From an uncultured Planctomycetales bacterium (GTDB lineage: Bacteria; Omnitrophota; Gorgyraeia; Zapsychrales; JBDRMG01), in assembly GCA_964478715.1 (NCBI GenBank), contig CAYZIY010000003.1, forward strand, positions 6,669-70,668: DNA of 64,000 nucleotides, read 5' to 3'. The notes under the pieces were generated by a model that was given only the letters and a program-made list of their open reading frames with translations, had not been told where the DNA came from and ran no database searches. Position numbers and translations under genes: made by a program. Positions 8,794 to 18,342 of this stretch are shown one piece after another (within the stretch, counting starts at the first letter, position 1; the number at the start of each line of letters is the position of its first letter).

Positions 8794-10476
8794 ATGTTGA
8801 CGAAAGAATTCATTTTTCAACTGATTGGCGGTTTAGGTCTCTTTTTCTTTGGTATGCGAGCGCTCTCCGAGGGATTAAAAAGAATTGCAGGAGAGCGTCT
8901 CAGGAAGATGTTGGAGGCAGTTACCAAGGTTCCCATTGTCGGTATAATGATAGGAGCCGCCGTTACGTGTCTTATTCAGTCCTCAAGCGCCACTACCGTC
9001 ATGGTTGTTGGTTTTGTCAATGCTGGTTTGCTGGCTCTCAAGCAAGCTATCAGCGTTATTATCGGCGCAAACATTGGAACAACTTTTACAGCTTGGCTTG
9101 TTTCATCCATGTCTGTTTTTAAAGTGACCCAGTATGCCCTTCCGGCCATTGGTATTGGATTTTTCATGATGGCGCTGGCTAGAAATAAAAAAAGAAAATC
9201 CTGGGGAGAGGTGATTTTTGGATTTGGTATTCTTTTCCTTGGCTTGAGCTTCATGAAGGACGCCTTTGATCCATTCAGAAGCAGTGAACAGCTCAAAGAT
9301 ATTTTTGTTCTCTTTAGCGATAATCCCCTCTTGGGTGTTTTAGTCGGGACGATTATCACCATCTTGCTGCAAAGTTCTAGTGCTACGATTGCCATTGTTC
9401 AGGTTCTTGCCTTTAATGGTCTGATCAGTTTTGAATCGGCAGTTCCCTTAATTCTAGGAGATAATATCGGAACGACCATTACGGCTCAAATGGCCGCTAT
9501 CGGCGCGAATCTGAATGCCAGGCGGGCAGCCATGTCGCATTCTCTTTTTAACGTCATTGGCGTTGCTTATATGTTATTCTTCGTCTATTCGGGAATATAT
9601 GTTCGATTTATTAATTATATTATTCCCGGTGAGTTGACTCTTAAAAATATTATGTTTTATATCGCTGTTTCACACAGTTTTTTCAATGTAATGAATGCTC
9701 TTGTTTTCTTACCGCTTATCGGGAGTTTAGCAAAAATAAGCACTTGGATGATTCCTAAGCGCAAAGGAACCATTGAGCCCGGAACTCAGTATTTAGAAAA
9801 ACATTTATTGGAGACCCCGCCAGTTGCCATGCAGCAGGCGCGCAGGGAAATCATTTATATGCTGAGCGTAGCTTCCAAGGCAATTAGAACAGCCGTCGAT
9901 GCCTTCATCAAGGTCGATAATAGAAAAATTCACGATAAAGTCATTGATTATGAGCGTATCACGGATAATCTTCAATCGGAGATCACTCAGTATTTAATCG
10001 AACTCTCGCAACGAGAATTGAGTGAAGAAGAATCCAGGGAGATTCCCGTTCTAATCCATAACGTAAACGATATCGAAAGAATTGGAGACCACTCCGAGAA
10101 TATTGCCGCTTTGGCACAAACGCGACTAGAGGAAAAACTCAATTTTACAGCCGATACAATGGAAGAATTAAAGATCATTTGGTCAGAAGTCGATAGCATG
10201 CTTGAGGAAACAGAAAAAGCTTTACGGGACAGCAGCACGGAAATAGCTCAGAAAATCCTTGAACGAGAAGGAAGAGTGAATGGATTGGAGAATAAATTTA
10301 AGCAAACGCACATTGAGCGTCTCAATAGACGTATTTGCCATCTGAATTCTAATTTCATTTTTCTTGATTTTATTGATAATTTGGAAAAAATCGCTGATCA
10401 TTTAACCAATATCGCCCAGGGTATTATTGGAAAAATGCAGTGGAGCACCTATAAGCAGGGGGAATCTAATGTTTAG
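8794..10476 (+). CDS. Na+/phosphate cotransporter (NptA family) fused to C-terminal PhoU-like domains (YjbB-like)
   Basis: Duplicated QSSSATTV / QSSSATIA motifs of Na/Pi-cotransporter II in a polytopic N-terminus. Helical C-terminal ~200 aa with PhoU-like repeats (NDIERIGDHSENIA; FIDNLEKIADHLTNIA). Confidence 0.8.
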   Translation: MLTKEFIFQLIGGLGLFFFGMRALSEGLKRIAGERLRKMLEAVTKVPIVGIMIGAAVTCLIQSSSATTVMVVGFVNAGLLALKQAISVIIGANIGTTFTAWLVSSMSVFKVTQYALPAIGIGFFMMALARNKKRKSWGEVIFGFGILFLGLSFMKDAFDPFRSSEQLKDIFVLFSDNPLLGVLVGTIITILLQSSSATIAIVQVLAFNGLISFESAVPLILGDNIGTTITAQMAAIGANLNARRAAMSHSLFNVIGVAYMLFFVYSGIYVRFINYIIPGELTLKNIMFYIAVSHSFFNVMNALVFLPLIGSLAKISTWMIPKRKGTIEPGTQYLEKHLLETPPVAMQQARREIIYMLSVASKAIRTAVDAFIKVDNRKIHDKVIDYERITDNLQSEITQYLIELSQRELSEEESREIPVLIHNVNDIERIGDHSENIAALAQTRLEEKLNFTADTMEELKIIWSEVDSMLEETEKALRDSSTEIAQKILEREGRVNGLENKFKQTHIERLNRRICHLNSNFIFLDFIDNLEKIADHLTNIAQGIIGKMQWSTYKQGESNV

Positions 10477-10642
10477 TTGGTATTGATATAAAAAGTTGAG
10501 CCTGCTATTTCTTCGTAAGAAAATTATATTCTTTGATTTTCTAGCAATATTCATAATTTTATTTATTGACAAAACACAGTGGAAACTGTTGTGAACAATC
10601 TGCTTATTCAGATATTTGATACAAAATTTTGGAGGAAAAAAC

Positions 10643-11332
10643 ATGATTAAAGGACGGATACTGATTGTTGAGGATGACCGGAACATTTCTCAATTGGTGA
10701 AGTATAATCTAGAAAAGGCAGATTATCCATGCGTTGTTACTATTACCGGAGAGCAGGCTCTCGAAGTTCTTGATCAGCAGGCTATTGATTTGATTATTCT
10801 AGATATCATGTTACCTAAAATGGATGGTTTTCAAACATGTAAGCAAATTAAGAAGAACCAGCGTCTGGCATCGATTCCTATTGTTATGTTGACAGCCAGG
10901 GGGGAAGAGGTCGATCGCATTGTGGGTCTGGAGCTGGGCGCAGATGACTACATTGTTAAACCCTTTTCGCCTCGCGAACTTGTTTTAAGAATTGACGCTA
11001 TTTTACGCCGCGGAAAACCGCAAGAAGAAAGAAAAGATATTCTGACCATAGGTCGCTTAAAGGTAGATCTTCCTCGACATAAGGTTACTTTAGCCCAGAA
11101 GGAGGTGACTTTAACGGCCATGGAATTCAAACTGCTAGTCCTTTTGGTTCATCGCAAAGGACGTGTTCAAACTCGTGATCAACTTCTGACTGATGTCTGG
11201 AATTTGGATGCGGATGTGACCACCCGGACGATCGATACTCATATTAAACGATTAAGGCAAAAACTGGGCAAATGCGGAAAAATAATTCAGACCGTCAGAG
11301 GCTATGGATATAAAATTAAGGATGATCAGTAG
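10643..11332 (+). CDS. phoB: OmpR/PhoB-family response regulator
   Basis: GGAGG ribosome-binding site then ATG 10643. ILIVEDD...LDIMLPKMDG...MLTARGEEVDRIVGLELGADDYIVKPFSPREL plus a winged-helix C-terminus (TLTAMEFKLL...RTIDTHIKRLRQKL). Located in a Pi-uptake locus. Confidence 0.8.
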   Translation: MIKGRILIVEDDRNISQLVKYNLEKADYPCVVTITGEQALEVLDQQAIDLIILDIMLPKMDGFQTCKQIKKNQRLASIPIVMLTARGEEVDRIVGLELGADDYIVKPFSPRELVLRIDAILRRGKPQEERKDILTIGRLKVDLPRHKVTLAQKEVTLTAMEFKLLVLLVHRKGRVQTRDQLLTDVWNLDADVTTRTIDTHIKRLRQKLGKCGKIIQTVRGYGYKIKDDQ

Positions 11333-11334
11333 CT

Positions 11335-13113
11335 TTGCAATTAAAAATTCATTATAAAATTACTCTCATTTTTGTCTTCATACTGGCTCTTATCTTTATT
11401 GGTCTGTTTATTAATCTTAACAAGAATCTAAAGCAAATAACTTTCCAACGTATCAGAGACCGGCTTGCCAAAGAGGCTGCTTTTTCTCAAACCATCCTTG
11501 AAGAATCTCATTTTAGAAATTTTGATTACAAAAAGATTGATGCTCTAGCCGATAAAATCAGCAATGATTTAGAAGTGCGCGTAACGATTATTGACAGGGA
11601 AGGTGTCGTCTGGGGTGATTCAGATCTGGACAATTCACAACTGAAGCAAGTTGAAAATCATCTTTATCGACCCGAAGTCCAAGACGCCATCAGCGATGGT
11701 TTTGGAGAAAGCCGAAGATTTAGCACAACTATTCAGGAAGACATGCTTTATATGGCTTATCCGTTTTCCGTTGATGATCAGGCTGGGGGGATTGTGAGGT
11801 TATCGATACCGTTGATCGAAATTCATATGCTTTCCAATAGCCTCAAGAGACTATTAGCTGTCTCTTTCGTGTGGACCTTTGCTTTGTTTATTCTCGTCAG
11901 TTTTTTTGCTTCTTTGTTTATTTCAAAACCAATCAATAGTATTTCAAGAATTGCGATGAATATTGCCCATGGCGATTTCTCGCAAAAGGCGTTAGTAAAT
12001 AGCAAGGATGAAATAGGCGATTTGGCCAAGGCTGTCAATGAGATGTCGGAGCAAATCCGATTACGGATTGAAGAAATAACGGCGAGTCGAACCCGCCTTG
12101 AAGCGGTTTTTTTGAGCATGTTTGAAGGCGTTATGATTGTTGATGCTAAAGGCTTAATCATACTCGTTAATCAATCTCTCAAAGATTTTTTGGGTATCAA
12201 CGAGGATCCTTTAGGTAAAAGACCTTTGGAAGTTGTGAGAAACTTGGAGATTCAGGAAGTAGCAGATAATGTGTTGTATCTAAAAGAAGGGATTGAATCA
12301 AGAGAATTGACGGTTCTTATTTCAGATCAGGAAAAAACACTTCTCATTCACGGCGCTCCCATCCAAAGAAAAGGTCATAATGAGGGTGCAGTTTTAGTCT
12401 TTCACGACATAACAGAAATCCGCTGTCTTGAAAAAATTCGTCAGGATTTTGTAGCCAATGTATCACATGAACTTAGAACGCCGGTCACTAATATTAAAGG
12501 CTACGCTGAAACATTAATTGAGGGTGCTTTAAGAGATAAAAAGAATGCTGAATCTTTTTTGAAAATTATTTATCGAGAATCCAGTAGGCTGGCAAATTTG
12601 ATTAGCGATTTGCTGGATTTGACGCAGATCGAAACAGGAAAACTTAAATTATCGCTTAGCGAATGCTCCCTTTATCCAATTGTTGAGCGTGTTCTTGCTG
12701 GGCTGAGCATAAAAATGAAAGAAAAAAATTTGACTGTAAAAAATGAAATAACTCAGGATTTACCCAAAGTTAAAGTGGATGTTGTAAGTGTTACGCAGGT
12801 TTTTTTAAATCTTATTGAGAATGCTATAAAATATAATCAAGAGAATGGGGAAATTATTATCACAGCCAAAGAATCCAATGGACAGGTGAAAATTTTTATA
12901 AAAGATACTGGTATTGGGATACCGGAAAAAGATATTCCGAGGATTTTTGAGCGTTTTTACCGCGTGGATAAGGCTCGTTCCAGAGAGATGGGAGGGACTG
13001 GTCTTGGCTTATCCATTGTCAAGCATATTATCCAGGCTCATCATGGGGAAATATTCGTAAATAGTGAATTAACTAAGGGTTCCGAGTTTTCATTTACTCT
13101 TTACAAAGCTTAA
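11335..13113 (+). CDS. phoR: PhoR-like sensor histidine kinase (TM-HAMP-PAS-HisKA-HATPase)
   Basis: TTG start 3 nt after the phoB stop. Two TM segments, a PAS region, H-box VANVSHELRTPVTNIKGY, and N/G boxes (NAIKYN, DTGIGI, GGTGLGLSI). Confidence 0.8.
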   Translation: MQLKIHYKITLIFVFILALIFIGLFINLNKNLKQITFQRIRDRLAKEAAFSQTILEESHFRNFDYKKIDALADKISNDLEVRVTIIDREGVVWGDSDLDNSQLKQVENHLYRPEVQDAISDGFGESRRFSTTIQEDMLYMAYPFSVDDQAGGIVRLSIPLIEIHMLSNSLKRLLAVSFVWTFALFILVSFFASLFISKPINSISRIAMNIAHGDFSQKALVNSKDEIGDLAKAVNEMSEQIRLRIEEITASRTRLEAVFLSMFEGVMIVDAKGLIILVNQSLKDFLGINEDPLGKRPLEVVRNLEIQEVADNVLYLKEGIESRELTVLISDQEKTLLIHGAPIQRKGHNEGAVLVFHDITEIRCLEKIRQDFVANVSHELRTPVTNIKGYAETLIEGALRDKKNAESFLKIIYRESSRLANLISDLLDLTQIETGKLKLSLSECSLYPIVERVLAGLSIKMKEKNLTVKNEITQDLPKVKVDVVSVTQVFLNLIENAIKYNQENGEIIITAKESNGQVKIFIKDTGIGIPEKDIPRIFERFYRVDKARSREMGGTGLGLSIVKHIIQAHHGEIFVNSELTKGSEFSFTLYKA

Positions 13114-13146
13114 AACTGCTTGATTCTCTAAGTTTACATTTCTTTT

Positions 13147-13185
13147 TCTACATTTCACAGAAAGTTCACACAAATTACTTATATT
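13147..13185 (+). promoter_or_regulatory. candidate Pho box: direct 7-bp repeats TTCACAG-AAAG-TTCACAC with 11-bp periodicity, plus a downstream -10-like TTATAT
   Basis: TCTACAT, TTCACAG (13154-60), 4-bp A-rich spacer, TTCACAC (13165-71) and another TTTACA at 13133. This is the same 7+4+7 architecture as enterobacterial Pho boxes, although the bases differ. Confidence 0.4.
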
Positions 13186-13235
13186 CCTCATATTTTCCTA
13201 CTATAAAGAATTTAGCTTGAATTAAAAGAAGGGAG

Positions 13236-13445
13236 GTGAAGAAAGATATCCTTCAAGTTATGACATCTTTAGATAGACATTATATTATTTCACGGTTGCA
13301 AAATGAGATTCAACATTTAGAGAATCTACTTATAGATATTCAGAATATTAAAGATAAAAACCGTGGTGAGTGTCATTATATTTCCAGATCCTTAGAGGGG
13401 GCGGAAGTAAATTTAAGGATTCTCAGGAAGTTTATTAACAGTTAA
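13236..13445 (+). CDS. small hypothetical protein (69 aa)
   Basis: ORF with an upstream GGAGG, lying between phoR and the porin gene. No recognisable motifs. Confidence 0.3.
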   Translation: MKKDILQVMTSLDRHYIISRLQNEIQHLENLLIDIQNIKDKNRGECHYISRSLEGAEVNLRILRKFINS

Positions 13446-13458
13446 TTGGGAGGTTTAT

Positions 13459-14745
13459 ATGAAAAGAGTTTTGTTTTTATCAAGTCTCATAATAAGCATT
13501 ATTGTCGGAAGTGCGTCTTTGTCTTTGGCCGGAGGCGAAATAGATGTGCTGGTTAATAAGTTGGTTGAAAAAGGTATCCTGACCCCGCTTGAGGCTCAAG
13601 TCATTCTTGATGAAACGAAGGTCGAAGTTTCTAAATCCATATCGGAACAAGACCACTCAACATTGCCCTCTTGGATTCAAAAAATAAAACTAAGCGGTGA
13701 CTTTCGCTTAAGACATCAATATGAGCGAAAAGCCAATGAACTTCAATCGAGAAACAGGGGGCGGATTCGTTATCGCCTGGGCATCGATGCGAAGATTTTT
13801 AATAATTTGAAAGTAGGCGCTGGATTAGCTTCGGGAGGTGATGACCCTCGATCTACAAATCAAACATTCGATGATAGCTTTGATACGGGTGATATCCGGC
13901 TTGATTATGCTTATGCGGAATATATGCCTACACGATGGTCTTCGGTTATCGGAGGAAAGTTCAAAAGGAAGGACTATCTCTGGGCCCCAACCGATCTTTT
14001 ATGGGATGGGGACATTAATCCCGAAGGTGGCTCTTTAGCGCTTTTCAATACTTTTGACTTTGAACCCGAATTGGATTGGTTTATTAATAGTGGAATCTGG
14101 GTGGTGGAAGAACTCAATAGCGATAATGATTCCGTTATTCAAGAAAGCGGGTTGGAAGACGATGTCGATCCATTTATGACTTATGTGCAGGGTGGTTTAA
14201 AATGGGCCGATGAAAACCTGGATGTCAAAGCAGCCGCCATCTATTACGGCTTCAATGGATTTCAGGGAGTTGATTTTCCATGGAGCAAAGACACCAACAC
14301 AAAATTTGGCGGTTCACCCGGATTTTTAGTTTATGATTATGATTCCTACGGATTTTCTGCTGAATTCGGGATGAAAGAACCTCTGAATATTACTTTTTTT
14401 GAGCGAGTAGCTGTGTTTGGAGACTATATTAATAATGTCGATCCGGAGGCGGATCATGCTGGGTGGGCAGCTGGACTCAAATTCGGCAATAAAAAAATCA
14501 AAGAACCAGGACAATGGCAGTGCAAGTATACTTATTCCTGGCTACAAAAAGATGCCTGGCCGGATATATTTCCGGATTCCGATCGCTATGGGGGCTCGAC
14601 CGATGTCAAAGGTCACGAAGCTGCCTTTAGCTATGGTTTAATGAACAACGTGACACTGGGATTCGATTATTATAATACAGACAAAATTGTAGGTACTTCT
14701 CAAAAAGAACATCTGGCACAGACGGATATCCTTATCAAGTTCTAG
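13459..14745 (+). CDS. outer-membrane beta-barrel porin, probably phosphate-selective (OprO/OprP-like role)
   Basis: Signal peptide MKRVLFLSSLIISIIVGSASLSLAG. Alternating amphipathic beta-strand pattern. C-terminal ...DILIKF (terminal Phe typical of outer-membrane barrels). Sits directly upstream of pstS. Confidence 0.55.
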   Translation: MKRVLFLSSLIISIIVGSASLSLAGGEIDVLVNKLVEKGILTPLEAQVILDETKVEVSKSISEQDHSTLPSWIQKIKLSGDFRLRHQYERKANELQSRNRGRIRYRLGIDAKIFNNLKVGAGLASGGDDPRSTNQTFDDSFDTGDIRLDYAYAEYMPTRWSSVIGGKFKRKDYLWAPTDLLWDGDINPEGGSLALFNTFDFEPELDWFINSGIWVVEELNSDNDSVIQESGLEDDVDPFMTYVQGGLKWADENLDVKAAAIYYGFNGFQGVDFPWSKDTNTKFGGSPGFLVYDYDSYGFSAEFGMKEPLNITFFERVAVFGDYINNVDPEADHAGWAAGLKFGNKKIKEPGQWQCKYTYSWLQKDAWPDIFPDSDRYGGSTDVKGHEAAFSYGLMNNVTLGFDYYNTDKIVGTSQKEHLAQTDILIKF

Positions 14746-14812
14746 AAGAGTACTAGAAGGGGATATTTTTGTTTTTTTAAATAAGAGATATGATAAGAAA
14801 GGAGCTATAAAC

Positions 14813-15688
14813 ATGAAGAAAATTACCAGAATTGTACTAGCGACAGGAATGGCCTTATTCTTTGCGGTAGCGGTTTGCCGGGCGGATATGATTCAGATTA
14901 AGGGATCTGACACCCTGATCAATCTTGTTCAAAGATTATCAGAAGTTTATATGTATCAAAATCCAGGCAAAGTTATTGCCATTACCGGTGGAGGATCCGG
15001 AACGGGGATCGCGGCTCTTATTAATGGAAAATGCGATATCGCCAATGCCTCTCGTTTGATGAAAGCCAAAGAAGTTGACCAGGCCAATAGTGCCGGAGTT
15101 AATCCCCAAAGAGTGGTTATTGCTATGGACGGCCTGAGTGTTATTGTTAATTCCAATAATTCTGTCAGTCAGTTGACTATTGATCAGCTCGGAAAGATTT
15201 TTCGTGGTGAAGTTACCAATTGGTCTGAAATTGGTGGAAATGATATGCCTATTACGCTTTATGGCAGACAATCCAATTCCGGTACTTTCGTTTTTTTCCG
15301 TGAACAAGTCGTTAAGGGAGATTATTCCCAGAAAATGAATAGAATGAACGGAAATGCTCAAATCGTGGAAGCTGTCAAGCAGGATGCTTCCGGCATCGGG
15401 TATGTCGGGGTTGGCTATGTTAAAGAAGCCACCGGTATTTCGGTCTTAAAGGTTGCTGCTCGTGCCGGAGCTCCTTACGCCTCTCCGTTAAATTCGGATG
15501 AAGTTAAAAGCGGTGTCTATCCCATTGCCAGACCTTTAAATCAGTATGTGAACGGAATGCCTTCTGGAGCTGTACGGGATTTTATTGCTTTTGAGCTGTC
15601 TTCGGAAGGGCAGAAGATTGTTGAGGAAGAAGGCTTTTTTCCGCTTCCTCCGGAGTATCGGGAATATAATCAAAGATTAGAATTTTAA
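14813..15688 (+). CDS. pstS: phosphate ABC transporter substrate-binding protein
   Basis: Signal peptide. ITGGGSGTGIAALINGKCDIANASR and GYVGVGYV motifs of the PstS/PBP family. Confidence 0.85.
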   Translation: MKKITRIVLATGMALFFAVAVCRADMIQIKGSDTLINLVQRLSEVYMYQNPGKVIAITGGGSGTGIAALINGKCDIANASRLMKAKEVDQANSAGVNPQRVVIAMDGLSVIVNSNNSVSQLTIDQLGKIFRGEVTNWSEIGGNDMPITLYGRQSNSGTFVFFREQVVKGDYSQKMNRMNGNAQIVEAVKQDASGIGYVGVGYVKEATGISVLKVAARAGAPYASPLNSDEVKSGVYPIARPLNQYVNGMPSGAVRDFIAFELSSEGQKIVEEEGFFPLPPEYREYNQRLEF

Positions 15689-15761
15689 GAAAATCAATAA
15701 TAAAATTGTTTGGCTAAACTATAATTGATGATCCTTAAAAAGAAAAAGAGGCCATGTATTG

Positions 15762-16643
15762 ATGAATACAAGAGTAAAAGATAATATTATCCATGGCCTC
15801 TTTTTCTTTAATGGGATTATTGTTGTCTTTGTTCTTTTAGGGATTTTTTCTCTGCTGGTTTATACGTCTGTACCGGCGTTCAAGGAAATCAATCTTCTGG
15901 AATTTCTGACCGGAACTGTATGGAATCCGACCTCTTTTACAAAAGAGGTTTACGGGATTGTTCCTATGCTAGTCAGTACGTTTATGATTACTCTGGGGGC
16001 TTTAGTCATTGCGATTCCTCTGGGCATCGGTACAGCGGCATATCTGTCCGATGTGGCCAGTCCGCGAGTCAGGGAAATCACAAAACCTATTGTTGAGATA
16101 TTGGCTTCAATCCCATCGGTTGTTATCGGTTTTTTGGGTATTGTCCTTGTCGGACCTTTGATTTCCAAAATATTTAATACAAATAATGGATTGAATGCTG
16201 TTAATGGATCGATTTTGCTTGCCGTTATGGCGCTGCCAACAATTATTAGTATTTCTGAAGATGCCTTACGCAGCGTGCCGGCCTCCTATGAGCAGGCTTC
16301 GTTCGCATTGGGCGCGACAAAATGGCAGACTGTTATTAAAGTTAAAGTGCCGGCGGCTTTATCCGGCATTATCGCTGCCTCTATGTTGGGAATGGGTCGG
16401 GCCATCGGAGAGACTATGACCGTATTAATGGCTACCGGTTGCGCACCGGCTATGCCGGAAAGTTTTCTGGATTCTGTTCGCACCATGACGGCGACGATTG
16501 CTATTGAATTAGGTGAAGTTCCTTACAATACGACACATTATTATGCTCTATTCGGAGTTGGTCTCGTTCTTTTTATCATTACTTTTTTTATTAATCTAAT
16601 TTCAGACATCATTTTACATAAACACGAAAAAGTTAATCGATGA
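15762..16643 (+). CDS. pstC: phosphate ABC transporter permease PstC
   Basis: Polytopic. ATLAYLSDVASP..EI..SIP.VV and EASFALGATKWQT (PstC/PstA EAA-like loop). Confidence 0.85.
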   Translation: MNTRVKDNIIHGLFFFNGIIVVFVLLGIFSLLVYTSVPAFKEINLLEFLTGTVWNPTSFTKEVYGIVPMLVSTFMITLGALVIAIPLGIGTAAYLSDVASPRVREITKPIVEILASIPSVVIGFLGIVLVGPLISKIFNTNNGLNAVNGSILLAVMALPTIISISEDALRSVPASYEQASFALGATKWQTVIKVKVPAALSGIIAASMLGMGRAIGETMTVLMATGCAPAMPESFLDSVRTMTATIAIELGEVPYNTTHYYALFGVGLVLFIITFFINLISDIILHKHEKVNR

Positions 16644-17494
16644 AACCTAAGAAAGTCGAACAATTTGTTGGGTTTTTATTTTTAAGATCTTGCATGTTTT
16701 TTGTCCTCTTGGCTCTTTTTGTCATTTTATATGATATTTTCACTAAAGGATCGGGGATTATCAACTGGGAATTCTTAAGCCAGATGCCGCGTAAGGGAAT
16801 GACCGAGGGTGGCATTTTTCCGGCGGTTGTAGGAACTTTTTATGTTACCATTATAACAGCAATCCTAGCTATTCCTTTAGGCATGGGATGCGCAATTTAT
16901 CTCAATGAGTATGCTATAGAAAATAAGATTACCAGACTTATCAGAATGTCGATCCGTAATTTATCAGGTGTTCCTTCAATTGTTTACGGGTTATTTGGCG
17001 TTGTGCTTTTCGTGCAAATGTTGAATTTGGACACCTCGATTCTCTCAGCTGGATTGACTTTGGGCTTGATGACTCTACCTTGGACAATCACGGCTTCCGA
17101 AGAAGCCTTAAAGGCAGTTCCTGATTCCTACCGGGAAGGATCTCTAGCGCTTGGGGCTTCCAAATGGCAGACGATCTGGACCAATGTTTTACCTTACGCT
17201 ATTCCGGGTATGCTCACAGGGACCATTTTGGGGCTGGCTAGAGCTGCTGGAGAAACAGCCCCGATTCTTTTTACTGGAGCGGCCTTCTTTCTGCCGTTTT
17301 TGCCAAAATCCTGGTCAGACCAATTTATGGCTCTACCGTATCATTTGTATATTATGGCCACTCAGCATCATGCTATTGCCAGGGTGAGGCCGATTGCCTA
17401 TGGGACAGCACTGGTTTTGATTGTTTTGGTTTTTGGGATGAATTTATTTGCTATAATACTGCGTTATCGGTTAAGAAAGGTTAGAAAGGAATGA
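16640..17494 (+). CDS. pstA: phosphate ABC transporter permease PstA
   Basis: AIYLNEYA...[22 protein letters not shown]...[18 protein letters not shown] overlap with pstC. Confidence 0.85.
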   Translation: MKPKKVEQFVGFLFLRSCMFFVLLALFVILYDIFTKGSGIINWEFLSQMPRKGMTEGGIFPAVVGTFYVTIITAILAIPLGMGCAIYLNEYAIENKITRLIRMSIRNLSGVPSIVYGLFGVVLFVQMLNLDTSILSAGLTLGLMTLPWTITASEEALKAVPDSYREGSLALGASKWQTIWTNVLPYAIPGMLTGTILGLARAAGETAPILFTGAAFFLPFLPKSWSDQFMALPYHLYIMATQHHAIARVRPIAYGTALVLIVLVFGMNLFAIILRYRLRKVRKE

Positions 17495-18339
17495 CAACGT
17501 TGGAAAAGAGAGAGAAACGTATAAATAATATCCAGATACGGATTGAAAAGAATGAAAACCAATCCGATGAATCCATCGATCAAGGCATTTTGAAAATTCA
17601 AACCAAAGATTTTAATTTCTATTATGGAGATGTGCAGGCTCTCAAAAATATAAACATCGATGTATATCGCAATACAGTTGCGGGTATTATTGGTCCTTCG
17701 GGTTGCGGCAAATCAACATTTCTGCGTTGTATCAATCGCATGAACGATATTATTCCGAATATCAAATGCGAAGGGAAAATCAATATTGATAATAAGAATA
17801 TTTATGATGACGATATTGATGTGGTTGATTTAAGAAGAAAAGTTGGCATGGTTTTTCAGAAATCCAATCCTTTTCCCAAGTCTATTTTTGATAATGTGGC
17901 CTATGGGTTGCGGATTAACGGAATTCGAGATGCGAATTTTATCAGACAGAGAGTTGAAAAGAGCTTGCGGGATGCGGCTATATGGGATGAAATTAAAGAT
18001 CGTTTTAATAAAAGTGCATTTGAACTCTCCGGAGGACAACAGCAGCGGTTATGTATCGCTAGGGCTCTTGCTGTTCAGCCAGAGATTTTGCTCTTAGACG
18101 AGCCGGCTTCCGCACTGGATCCTATCGCTACGTCTAAAATCGAGGAACTCATTCATGAACTGAAGAAGAAATACACGATCGTTATTGTGACCCACAACAT
18201 GCAGCAAGCGGCCCGTGTTTCAGATTACACGGCTTTCTTTATGCTGGGAGAATTAATTGAGTATGATACATCGACCAGAATATTTACTAATCCATCGAAT
18301 AAGATCACCGAAGATTATGTGACGGGGAGATTTGGTTAA
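17491..18339 (+). CDS. pstB: phosphate ABC transporter ATP-binding protein PstB
   Basis: Walker [36 protein letters not shown], and the PstB-specific FRCINRMND motif. Confidence 0.9.
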   Translation: MTTLEKREKRINNIQIRIEKNENQSDESIDQGILKIQTKDFNFYYGDVQALKNINIDVYRNTVAGIIGPSGCGKSTFLRCINRMNDIIPNIKCEGKINIDNKNIYDDDIDVVDLRRKVGMVFQKSNPFPKSIFDNVAYGLRINGIRDANFIRQRVEKSLRDAAIWDEIKDRFNKSAFELSGGQQQRLCIARALAVQPEILLLDEPASALDPIATSKIEELIHELKKKYTIVIVTHNMQQAARVSDYTAFFMLGELIEYDTSTRIFTNPSNKITEDYVTGRFG

Positions 18340-18342
18340 ACT

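Noticed and set aside
8976-9395. 139-aa minus-strand ORF
   Set aside because: It lies entirely antisense within the Na/Pi cotransporter gene, whose frame carries the diagnostic QSSSAT motifs.
10560-10615. Imperfect palindrome CACAGTGGAAACTGTTGTG upstream of phoB as a possible autoregulatory operator
   Set aside because: It is an imperfect palindrome and I could not support a promoter around it. It contains TGTGAA (the reverse complement of the putative Pho-box half-site), which I mention under the Pho-box finding. I do not annotate it as a feature.
17151-17387. 78-aa plus-strand ORF
   Set aside because: It is an alternative frame inside pstA, whose own frame carries the ABC-permease EAA-like loop.
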